Origin: Alphaproteobacteria bacterium
GTDB taxonomy: Bacteria; Pseudomonadota; Alphaproteobacteria; RF32; CAG-239
DNA: 47,770 nt
Reading direction: 5' to 3'
Assembly: GCA_017452885.1 (NCBI GenBank)
Contig: JAFTLF010000001.1
Location: forward strand, 1 to 47,770
Shown in pieces: positions 1 to 6,815 of this stretch. The notes under the pieces were generated by a model. The model made no database searches, was not told where the DNA came from, and saw nothing but the letters and a program-made list of their open reading frames with translations. How positions within the stretch are numbered: the first letter of the stretch is position 1; each line of letters starts with the position of its first letter. The position numbers and the translations under genes were made by a program.

Positions 1-381
1 GCATGCCGCTGTAAAGGTTATAGAATTGAGTATTTTGAAGAATGGATAAAATGGGATAATGCAGTAAAAGAAAAATATACAAGAAAAAAACAATATTTAC
101 TTTTTATATGGAGAATAAAAATGAGTAATACGTTAGCTGAATTAAATAATCATCTTTTTGAAACGTTAAACAGATTAAATTCTAAAGACATAAGCGGAGA
201 TGAATTAAAAAACGAAATGGCCCGAGCCAACGCTGTTAGCGCGCTTGCTGCGCAAATTATATCAAACGCAAATTTGGCCCTTAAAGCAAGCAACATGAAA
301 CAAAACGGAACATCAATGCCATCGATGATTGAAGTTAGAAAAATACCTAATTATGGAGCAAATAAAATTGAAAATGCATAA
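1..381 (+). CDS. 3' part of NUMOD-like DNA-binding fusion protein (5' end cut by window start; full copy at 37551..38120)
   Basis: Open in frame from base 1 (ACRCKGYRIEYFEEW...) into the tracked 121..381 ORF. Identical to 37740..38120. Confidence 0.7.
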   Translation, partial: ACRCKGYRIEYFEEWIKWDNAVKEKYTRKKQYLLFIWRIKMSNTLAELNNHLFETLNRLNSKDISGDELKNEMARANAVSALAAQIISNANLALKASNMKQNGTSMPSMIEVRKIPNYGANKIENA

Positions 382-970
382 ATACACTCAACAAGAGATA
401 GATTGGCTGAAAGAAAATTCTATCGGTGTTCCGTTCAGAGATATTGCTAAAAATTTTAATGCAATGTTTGGAGCATCCGTCAACCATAAATCGTTAGAGC
501 AAAAAATACATAAAATTGGTATATCTAACGGTCTTAAAGGTGGCCAATTTCCAAAAGGACATATTCCTTTTAACAAAGGCAAGAAAAAATACTGGGTTGG
601 TGGAGAAGAAACACAATTCAAGAAAGGCCATATTCCTTTTAATTATCGTCCTGTTGGTAGCGAGCGTATTAATAGAGATGGTTATATTGAAGTAAAGGTT
701 GCTGATCCTCATAAATGGGAATTAAAACACCGCGTTTTGTATAAAAAGCATTTTGGAGAAATCCCTCGAGGTTTTATAGTGATACTTGCCGATGGTAATA
801 AGAAAAATCTAAACATTGAGAACTTATCATTGATAAGCCGAAAGCAATCTGCAATTATAAATCATAAAAAACTTAATTATTTTGACAAAACAAGTTTAGA
901 TGTTTGTAAAAATATTGCTGATATTAGCCATGAAATTCACAAAAAAAGAAAGGTAAAAAAGTATGATTAA
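329..970 (+). CDS. HNH (His-Me finger) endonuclease with N-terminal HTH-like region
   Basis: 213-aa ORF. C-terminal GYIEVKV..HKWELKHRVLYKKHFGEIP..ILADGNKKNLNIENLSLISRKQ fits the HNH_3-type H..N..N pattern. GHIPFNKGKK / GHIPFNYRP is a duplicated motif. An alternative ATG at 374 overlaps the upstream stop (ATGCATAA). Confidence 0.8.
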   Translation: MKLEKYLIMEQIKLKMHKYTQQEIDWLKENSIGVPFRDIAKNFNAMFGASVNHKSLEQKIHKIGISNGLKGGQFPKGHIPFNKGKKKYWVGGEETQFKKGHIPFNYRPVGSERINRDGYIEVKVADPHKWELKHRVLYKKHFGEIPRGFIVILADGNKKNLNIENLSLISRKQSAIINHKKLNYFDKTSLDVCKNIADISHEIHKKRKVKKYD

Positions 971-1172
971 ATCACAGCATGAATTAACCACTCCGGGCAA
1001 TCGTCAATCAGACGTTTTGATTGAGGCCTTGAACAAGTGTCAAAAATTAGAAAGGCAGTTAAATATTGTTTTAGGTATTTTGCTGCGCGTGAGCCCTCAG
1101 CACGAGGGATATGTTAAAGCTAACTTTCCTAAATATTTTGAGGAGATAAATAATGAACCCAAAAACAAATGA
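963..1172 (+). CDS. Hypothetical protein (69 aa)
   Basis: Co-directional ORF with an 8-nt overlap onto the HNH gene. No recognisable motif. Confidence 0.5.
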   Translation: MIKSQHELTTPGNRQSDVLIEALNKCQKLERQLNIVLGILLRVSPQHEGYVKANFPKYFEEINNEPKNK

Positions 1173-1407
1173 AGCTCGTCTTGAGTATATAAAAAAGCTC
1201 GAGGAAAACATCCAGGAGCTTGAACAAGAAATCCAAAGACATGAGAGTATATGGCGCGAGATGCGTTGCAGATTAGATAAAGCGGTCGCCATGTCGGAGC
1301 TTGTTTACAGAAACTCTGCTTACAGCAGTTCTGTTTCAAAAATTATGAAGCAATTAAAAGAAAGTGTTGAAAGTTTTATTACTGCCGCCCTGGGAGATAA
1401 GAAATGA
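1153..1407 (+). CDS. Hypothetical coiled-coil protein (84 aa)
   Basis: Heptad-rich sequence (EARLEYIKKLEENIQELEQEIQRHE). 20-nt overlap with the upstream ORF. Confidence 0.5.
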   Translation: MNPKTNEARLEYIKKLEENIQELEQEIQRHESIWREMRCRLDKAVAMSELVYRNSAYSSSVSKIMKQLKESVESFITAALGDKK

Positions 1408-1487
1408 AACCTAAAAAAATAAAAATAATTGCATTTTTTCTAATTTTATTGTTTATAATATTTATGTAATTTTTATAGGAGGCGGCT

Positions 1488-1781
1488 GTGGATAAATCTG
1501 TTAATAATGAACCAATAATTTATGTTGGATTTGACGGTAGCGGCAAAGAGAAGTTTGTCGCAGAGCAAAATGTCGGTGACAAAGGATATCGAACGAAGAT
1601 ATTTGCTCCGGTAACAAAGAGAACCGGCAAGTCCTTATTTGAACAACAAGCGCGCAAAGCCGGATATATGGTTATTCCATGGCAAAACAGGAGAACATCA
1701 AAAGGAGAAAGTGGAGCGATGACAAAATACTTGAATGGAATATGGATACATTTCCGCACAATCACGAAGCGCAAATGCTAA
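1488..1781 (+). CDS. Hypothetical protein (97 aa, GTG start)
   Basis: GTG lies 5 nt after AGGAGG (1477-1482). No recognisable domain. The last ~100 nt overlap the MazG-like frame and read like out-of-frame sequence. Confidence 0.55.
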   Translation: MDKSVNNEPIIYVGFDGSGKEKFVAEQNVGDKGYRTKIFAPVTKRTGKSLFEQQARKAGYMVIPWQNRRTSKGESGAMTKYLNGIWIHFRTITKRKC

Positions 1782-2064
1782 AAGTTGAGGAGGAGCTCCT
1801 CCTCAACTTGAAAAAGCCAAGAGAGCAGTTTTTCAATCGCAGGCCTGTAATTATGTTGAAGTTTACAGAGAAAGCGCCGATGTTGTTATTGCCGCTATTG
1901 GCTTAAGAAGATATCCAATATATGCAGCAATTGGCCGAGCTATTTACAACGCTGTTTATACACCTATTCGTCAAGCCTTGGATTTATACATTGACGAAAA
2001 AATGAACGAAAACTTAACCCGAACTTTCCGTAAAACAAAAAACGGAACTCAACATCATATTTAA
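1679..2064 (+). CDS. MazG-like nucleoside triphosphate pyrophosphohydrolase, reading frame interrupted at a palindrome (frame change within 1789-1809)
   Basis: N-terminal part is in frame 2 (KWSDDKILEWNMDTFP..AQMLKVEEE). C-terminal part is in frame 1 (VEVYRESADVVIAAIGL..DEKMNENLTRTFRK, stop 2062-2064). Together they make ~128 aa with EE..E and E..D helices typical of phage MazG-like proteins. The tracked ORF 1679..1906 is the frame-2 read-out. Confidence 0.6.
1782..1809. repeat. Perfect 28-bp palindrome AAGTTGAGGAGGAG|CTCCTCCTCAACTT (GAGCTC centre)
   Basis: Checked base by base; the reverse complement equals the sequence itself. Lies exactly at the frame break of the MazG-like gene. Confidence 0.95.
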
Positions 2065-2073
2065 GGAGGTAAT

Positions 2074-2475
2074 ATGACAAGAAAAACAAATTTGAATTAT
2101 GAAATTAACCGCTTTTTGAAAAAGAGCTTATACACACGCGAAGAACTAAGCCGCTGCATAAATAAACATCCTAAATACATTAAACAACTGTTAAATAAAG
2201 AGAGAAAAGCAAGCGATGAGGCAGAAAAGGCTTTGCGCGATTTCATGAAAAAGCACATCGGCCAATCATACCGCGAATTGTTACTTCAAGAGCAAAACAC
2301 CAGGTCTTATGAAAGAATAAAAATATTAAATGGCCATGTTGACCGCTTGGAAAGAGAAATCGCACATGATGAAGAATTTGTTGATAGTGCTCGCCGCACA
2401 ATGTGGATATCGATTTTAGTGGCATCTCTTTCTCTTCTTGCTGCATTATCTGCTGTTTACAGTTTTATTTTTTAA
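2074..2475 (+). CDS. Hypothetical protein with C-terminal membrane anchor (133 aa)
   Basis: ATG lies 5 nt after TAAGGAGGT. Central coiled coil. C-terminal hydrophobic helix WISILVASLSLLAALSAVYSFIF. Last gene of the rightward arm. Confidence 0.65.
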   Translation: MTRKTNLNYEINRFLKKSLYTREELSRCINKHPKYIKQLLNKERKASDEAEKALRDFMKKHIGQSYRELLLQEQNTRSYERIKILNGHVDRLEREIAHDEEFVDSARRTMWISILVASLSLLAALSAVYSFIF

Positions 2476-2486
2476 TTTTATTCATG

Positions 2487-2524
2487 AAAAAAGAAAGGTG
2501 TCGAATTCGACACCTTTTATTTTA
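2487..2524. terminator. Bidirectional rho-independent terminator at the convergence of the two arms
   Basis: A-run, an 18-nt perfect palindrome GGTGTCGAATTCGACACC (2497-2514), then a T-run TTTTATTTTA. Sits between convergent genes 2074..2475 (+) and 2647..3291 (-). Confidence 0.85.
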
Positions 2525-2646
2525 TGGCGACACAGGCCCGGAAATCGCTTTGCTTAGGCCAACCATCGTTGAACCTACCGTTTCCGTTTTGTCTGGCCGG
2601 AAAAAAGCCACAACAAGCAACATAAACAAGCAAGCAAGCAAAAATA

Positions 2647-3291
2647 TCAACTTATGAATAGATTGCATGCTAACCAAACTCCCTCGTATGCGCCAAAGAC
2701 AATCTCTCCCCAGTTCCAACCGTTCTTGCCTAAAGGATAAAGTTTTTCAAGTTTGCCACCTATCCAATAGCAAACACCCATACCAAGACCGGAAAGCATA
2801 ACCGGAAGACTGCCAAGGAATAATCCCCACAAGAAAGTAATAATTAAGCCGGTTAATGTTGTGCCTAAAAATCCGAACACTTTCGGGAATTCATAAAGAT
2901 AATATGTTTTTGCTTCAACACGCCAACCAAGCCAACCAAAAAACCAATTAAACACCGCTGCAGATGTTTGGCCAAAAGTTATCTTTATCGAGTAAAGAAG
3001 ATCGTCAATCAATTCGCACTCTTTATCTACTGCCGGATTAAGAGCATAAACCCCGGTCAACAATGAGCCGATGTATAAACCCCATCCATAAAGCTGATAG
3101 CTTGTATAAGAATCGGTGAAACCAATAATAAAATTCTCTAATCCCCAAGAAAAATAAAAGCAACTGTAACAAGCAAAGAAAACCGCATACCATATTTTAT
3201 TCTTTGGTATGTATTTTTTCCAAAGTCCGCCGCGAATTCGCCACAAAAGCGCACTCAAAACAATTATTAAAAAAGAGTAAATATAAATCAT
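2647..3291 (-). CDS. Multi-pass integral membrane protein (214 aa), last gene of the lysis cassette
   Basis: About six hydrophobic helices rich in W/F/G. Its ATGA overlaps the endolysin stop. No family recognised. Confidence 0.6.
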   Translation of the reverse strand: MIYIYSFLIIVLSALLWRIRGGLWKKYIPKNKIWYAVFFACYSCFYFSWGLENFIIGFTDSYTSYQLYGWGLYIGSLLTGVYALNPAVDKECELIDDLLYSIKITFGQTSAAVFNWFFGWLGWRVEAKTYYLYEFPKVFGFLGTTLTGLIITFLWGLFLGSLPVMLSGLGMGVCYWIGGKLEKLYPLGKNGWNWGEIVFGAYEGVWLACNLFIS

Positions 3292-3695
3292 TTCACACCT
3301 GCCAATTCCATTCCATGAGTTAAAGTTTCGTTAGAGTAAGGCTGCATACCGTTTTCATGGCGGATTATTGCCTTAACCAAGTTTAGCATGATGACCGGTT
3401 CGCAAACATCGATAACATCACGCGGTCTGACATCAAGCACCTGACACACGCTCAAAATATAACTATTTGTGTTATTTTCTGATGGAGGAGCCCATCTCGA
3501 GATGATTTTTTCAGGTGTGTTGATGTTTTGTTTTTTATAGTTAATCAATATTTTACATATTGCCCGGATACCGTATTCCGGTGCTATAAATACACAAAAA
3601 GAGCTGTCGGTTTGTTCGTCCGCGAGCCCTTGCCATTTATCCCCATGTCTGATATTCCCGGGATTATGGTTTCTTATACCCCTAGGTAGTGTCAT
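3288..3695 (-). CDS. Putative single-domain endolysin / cell-wall hydrolase (135 aa)
   Basis: N-terminal GIRNHNPGNIRHG motif, which I associate with a family often annotated as 'structural protein P5'-like muralytic proteins (from memory, unverified). Sandwiched between two membrane proteins with 4-nt overlaps. Confidence 0.5.
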   Translation of the reverse strand: MTLPRGIRNHNPGNIRHGDKWQGLADEQTDSSFCVFIAPEYGIRAICKILINYKKQNINTPEKIISRWAPPSENNTNSYILSVCQVLDVRPRDVIDVCEPVIMLNLVKAIIRHENGMQPYSNETLTHGMELAGVK

Positions 3696-3994
3696 TTCTT
3701 ATTCCTTTTGCGTGCTTCATTAAGTAAAAGAGTTGTTATCTCGGTGTGCATACTGTCCAGTTTTTGCTCAATATTTTTGATTTCTTCCTTGGTGGCAAGA
3801 TTGGTATAAATGAATTTTGTATTTTCTTTATTTTCCTCTTGCAGTTCTTTTATTTGCTTTTTCATCTCTGACAGATGAGCCTCCAAGTCAGATTTTGCGA
3901 CTTTGTTTCTTAATTCGTTAAAAAACCAAACCATTATACACCCCAAGAAATAAACAGCGTATTTCGCGATGTCTATCAAAATATCGTTTTGCAA
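3692..3994 (-). CDS. Holin-like / XhlA-like lysis membrane protein (100 aa, TTG start)
   Basis: N-terminal TM helix (AVYFLGCIMVWFF) followed by a long coiled coil and a basic tail. TTG lies 6 nt after TAGGAGAG. Translationally coupled to the endolysin. Confidence 0.5.
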   Translation of the reverse strand: MQNDILIDIAKYAVYFLGCIMVWFFNELRNKVAKSDLEAHLSEMKKQIKELQEENKENTKFIYTNLATKEEIKNIEQKLDSMHTEITTLLLNEARKRNKK

Positions 3995-3997
3995 GAG

Positions 3998-4049
3998 AGC
4001 TCTCCTAATATTCGTTAACTATTTATAGCATAACTGTAAAAGGAGAGCT
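3998..4049 (-). promoter_or_regulatory. Inverted repeat able to sequester the holin-gene SD, enclosing an extended -10 (TGCTATAAA)
   Basis: On the minus strand, AGCTCTCCT (4049-4041) is complementary to AGGAGAGCT (4006-3998), which is the SD of the TTG start. TGCTATAAAT (4030-4021) lies inside the loop. Confidence 0.35.
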
Positions 4050-4056
4050 TTGTCAA

Positions 4057-4524
4057 TTATTTCATCGCGTAGTAATATCTCTTGGCCTTGCCGACCGGCG
4101 CATCTTTATCACGCAACCATAACAGCGAAGCCTTGTAATAATTATCTGTTGATGAACCTAACAACTCATACATGTCTGAATAAAGCATGTTGATAACATA
4201 ATAGAAGTCGCACTCCGTAAAATGCTCTCTGCTCATATCCAAATCATGCGAAGCCAAAACACTTTTGACTTCTTCGTATGTCCAATGTCCGCCTGTCGTG
4301 CCGTCCTCATTCTCCATTTTGGAAACTGCATATTCTGCCTGTTCCCTGTTAAAATGCGGACCATAAACAAGCAAGTCCAAGTCCATAGCTAAAAGAATTT
4401 GCTCGTCATCGTCCAGGTTGTGAACGCTGTTTGCAATTCTTTCGGCCATTTTCTCAATTTTATGTTCCGGCAAGTTTTGAGAATAAGCGGCTTCAATCAG
4501 TTTTTTGATTTTCTTGTGCATCAT
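4057..4524 (-). CDS. Hypothetical protein (155 aa), accessory cassette
   Basis: Long ORF with a 4-nt overlap onto the upstream gene. Acidic and soluble-looking. No family recognised. Confidence 0.6.
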   Translation of the reverse strand: MMHKKIKKLIEAAYSQNLPEHKIEKMAERIANSVHNLDDDEQILLAMDLDLLVYGPHFNREQAEYAVSKMENEDGTTGGHWTYEEVKSVLASHDLDMSREHFTECDFYYVINMLYSDMYELLGSSTDNYYKASLLWLRDKDAPVGKAKRYYYAMK

Positions 4525-4814
4525 TCTTCTCCGTTTTCGTTTTCAAAATCGCATCTTGTGTCTTCCGAATATCGCTTAAAATGCTCGTCTGCTTTATGCT
4601 TTGGAACACTACTATCAACCCGAGAATATCCAGGATCAGACTGAACAACTCTTTCATTTGGTTTTGTCGTGATAATCTTCGCAAGATTGCTCTCCCTTAC
4701 AGCATCGTCAATAATCACAGACACTTTTCTTGCACTATCAATGCATAATTTACGATATTTGTCGTTTGATAAAATCACGCCTGCAGCAAAAAAAGCAATG
4801 TCTGATAATTTCAT
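4521..4814 (-). CDS. Hypothetical protein (97 aa), accessory cassette
   Basis: Hydrophobic N-terminus (IAFFAAGVIL) and an acidic tail. Tightly packed in the operon. Confidence 0.55.
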   Translation of the reverse strand: MKLSDIAFFAAGVILSNDKYRKLCIDSARKVSVIIDDAVRESNLAKIITTKPNERVVQSDPGYSRVDSSVPKHKADEHFKRYSEDTRCDFENENGEE

Positions 4815-4816
4815 GA

Positions 4817-5152
4817 TTAAGCTCCGGTATATGCAGATGGTTTAACTCTGCAAACTAAAGTTGCATGCACAGGATCATCGCCAAAAATCATACGGAAGCC
4901 ACGACGGCAAGCTATCTCATCAGCTCGCAGATAGTTTCCGGACGAATTATACACCTGAACGTTTGTCGTTCCGTCAGACAAGAAAACCGGAGCGGTATTT
5001 GCACCGGCCGGGATAGACTGACAGATATAAACATTTAAGCTAGTGTAGTTTGGCAATGTCGCAAACTGAATTCCAGGAATCGTTAAATAAAGATTTCCGC
5101 CGGTCAAAGTAACCTCAGAAGTCTTATAAGATTTAACACAATTACAAGTCAT
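4817..5152 (-). CDS. Cys-containing beta-rich hypothetical protein (111 aa, N-terminal MTCNC)
   Basis: ORF has 5 Cys, including an N-terminal CNC. S/T/N/G-rich composition suggests a beta-sandwich. Confidence 0.55.
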   Translation of the reverse strand: MTCNCVKSYKTSEVTLTGGNLYLTIPGIQFATLPNYTSLNVYICQSIPAGANTAPVFLSDGTTNVQVYNSSGNYLRADEIACRRGFRMIFGDDPVHATLVCRVKPSAYTGA

Positions 5153-5189
5153 TTTTTGTTTTCCTTTACAAAAAAGAAGTTAAAGTCAA

Positions 5190-5223
5190 GGCGGCCAGTT
5201 GGAGGTGGTAAAGACTGACCGCC
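5190..5223 (-). terminator. GC-rich hairpin between accessory genes (weak terminator or RNA structure)
   Basis: Minus-strand RNA forms GGCGGUCAGU-14 nt loop-ACUGGCCGCC (10 bp including one G.U). The U-run is 14 nt further on rather than adjacent. The loop carries CCACCUCC. Confidence 0.35.
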
Positions 5224-5230
5224 CGAAGTT

Positions 5231-5758
5231 TTAGACTAAACCGTTGCAGGTATTACAACCGTAAGGATTTAGGCTAGTCAAACCCAAGCCGTTAATAATT
5301 CCGGCATTTGGGCATACAGCACCGATTCCGGTAACATCCGGACGACGGAGCATGTTACACTGAATAGAAGCCAAAGTTGCGTTAATAGGCTCAAGTTGAT
5401 CTTTAACAAACAACTTATTTCTCAATTCAGAGTTTTCGCGTGCTAATTCTGCGTTTTTGTCGCGCTCGTTTTGATAGCCGTAGTAGTCTATCTTTGTTTG
5501 AGTTGCGTTGGCAGATGCAGCAATTAACTCACGAGTTTGAGAGGCTTGCTGTTCAACGAGATATTGGGTAGTTGCTACGTTAGCGATATTCTGTTTTTGA
5601 GCTTCACAGATGGCCTTGTAATCTTCAAAGCCAAACATGTCAGCGGCATAAGCAGCACCTGCGCCGCGACCGCCAAACCCAAAACCGCCACCCCAAAAGA
5701 CAGCGAATAGGATAATCAAGAATATAACAATACCCCAAGTTCCCCATTTTTCTTCCAT
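5231..5758 (-). CDS. Membrane-anchored Gly-rich / coiled-coil / Cys-rich protein (175 aa)
   Basis: N-terminal TM (WGIVIFLIILFAVFW), GGGFGFGGRGAG tract, Q/A/N-rich helical middle, C-terminal CPNAG..YGCNTCNGLV. Confidence 0.6.
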   Translation of the reverse strand: MEEKWGTWGIVIFLIILFAVFWGGGFGFGGRGAGAAYAADMFGFEDYKAICEAQKQNIANVATTQYLVEQQASQTRELIAASANATQTKIDYYGYQNERDKNAELARENSELRNKLFVKDQLEPINATLASIQCNMLRRPDVTGIGAVCPNAGIINGLGLTSLNPYGCNTCNGLV

Positions 5759-5791
5759 TTTGGTTTCCTTTCGTGTTATAGGCGCATTTTT

Positions 5792-6148
5792 TTATTTAAG
5801 CCTGGCAAGATTATCTTGCAGAGCCTTTAACTCGTCATCCTGCGCCGTTACGGTTGGCGAGTTAACTTTCTGATAACCCATTGTTTCAATGTTGGCGATT
5901 ATCTGTTTTGCCTGCTCAACATCAACACCGAGCGGTTTTAACAAAAAACCGGCCATCGGGTTATTCAAATATCCTTTTATTTTGGTTAAATCCTGTTTAG
6001 TAACACCGGCCTTTTGCAATGCCTCTTGAGGATTACTGGCCATGCTTACGATATTATTTGTTACCTCGAAAGCCTGACTTAGTGCTTGCACTTTTTCCGG
6101 GGACAGGATCTTGCTCGCTATTGTCATCAGTGACTGCTTGTTTAACAT
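5792..6148 (-). CDS. Hypothetical protein (118 aa), accessory cassette
   Basis: ATG lies 6 nt after GGAGA. Helical, amphipathic sequence. Confidence 0.6.
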   Translation of the reverse strand: MLNKQSLMTIASKILSPEKVQALSQAFEVTNNIVSMASNPQEALQKAGVTKQDLTKIKGYLNNPMAGFLLKPLGVDVEQAKQIIANIETMGYQKVNSPTVTAQDDELKALQDNLARLK

Positions 6149-6449
6149 TGCTATTCTCCAGTTTTGATACTTTTTCGTTTAACAATCCGATCGTGCCGGA
6201 CATCTCCAACATCATCGATTGAGTTTGTTTCAAGGTTTCTTGTAACTCTTTGTTTATTTCTTCGGGAGTTTTAGGCTTGGTAAGTATGCCTTTTTCATAG
6301 AGGATTTTTTCAAATCCTTTGGCTGTATCGATGGCCTTGTTATATTCATCGGTCGTATATCCTAACGGTTGGCCATACGAATTAAAAATCCTGCCATTTT
6401 GCACAAAACCGATAAAACTTGTCGTATTTTGAAAGTTATTGTCCAACAT
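6054..6449 (-). CDS. Hypothetical coiled-coil protein (131 aa); last 95 nt overlap the next gene
   Basis: Long ORF with a 14-nt overlap onto the upstream gene. The low-complexity C-terminal tail lies in the overlap. Confidence 0.55.
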   Translation of the reverse strand: MLDNNFQNTTSFIGFVQNGRIFNSYGQPLGYTTDEYNKAIDTAKGFEKILYEKGILTKPKTPEEINKELQETLKQTQSMMLEMSGTIGLLNEKVSKLENSNVKQAVTDDNSEQDPVPGKSASTKSGFRGNK

Positions 6450-6669
6450 CGGCCTTTACCTCCGAGTTCATCAAATCGCGCACAGTTTTTTTTGAAATGT
6501 CGGCGACTAAATCCGATGCCATTTCTGCGTGGAGCTCTTTTGGTTGTTTTCTTATTTCAAGGATGCGCTCGAGGATATCATCGACCTCTTTGCCCTCATG
6601 ACCGACTAAAACGGGTATGATCATATACATTGTTGATAAAATACCCAGGTTGCTATTTTGGTTTTGCAT
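6436..6669 (-). CDS. Hypothetical protein (77 aa), first gene of the accessory cassette
   Basis: ATG lies 7 nt after GGAGGT. Follows a terminator-containing 146-nt gap. Confidence 0.6.
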   Translation of the reverse strand: MQNQNSNLGILSTMYMIIPVLVGHEGKEVDDILERILEIRKQPKELHAEMASDLVADISKKTVRDLMNSEVKADVGQ

Positions 6670-6726
6670 TTTTTACCTCCAAATTATTATTTAAGAGGTT
6701 TTGCAGCACCATTATTTGTAAACGTG

Positions 6727-6766
6727 TAAAATAAAACATGGTAACCTCTCTTCCGATTACCATGTT
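6727..6766 (-). terminator. Rho-independent terminator after the 91-aa membrane-protein gene
   Basis: Minus strand: AACATGGTAA-12 nt loop-TTACCATGTT (10-bp perfect stem), followed directly by TTTTATTTT. Confidence 0.7.
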
Positions 6767-6775
6767 CGCACAATT

Positions 6776-6791
6776 AAAAATTTTTATACGC
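6776..6791 (-). promoter_or_regulatory. Shared intergenic 16-mer GCGTATAAAAATTTTT (minus strand), also at 26343..26358
   Basis: Identical 16-mer in two minus-strand intergenic gaps in the same orientation. Contains a TATAAA -10-like core with no good -35. Confidence 0.3.
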
Positions 6792-6815
6792 AAATTTTAG
6801 GTTTATAATAAGCAC

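Noticed and set aside
1429-1459. Promoter-like TTGCAT ... TATAAT upstream of the 1488 ORF
   Set aside because: The spacer is 19 nt by my count, outside the functional 16-18 range, and the region is generally AT-rich. Not reported as a feature.
2403-2719. ORFs 2403..2657 (+) and 2522..2719 (-) spanning the convergent intergenic region
   Set aside because: They run across the bidirectional terminator and into neighbouring genes, lack RBSs and have implausible sequences. The ~120-nt stretch 2525-2646 otherwise shows only a short (CAAG)n-like run and no tRNA-like T-loop.
6054-6148. The 95-nt overlap between the 131-aa and 118-aa ORFs as a programmed frameshift site
   Set aside because: No slippery heptamer is present. 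The downstream ORF has its own good RBS (GGAGA, 6-nt spacing) and ATG. The overlapped tail of the upstream ORF is low-complexity. Independent initiation is the simpler explanation.
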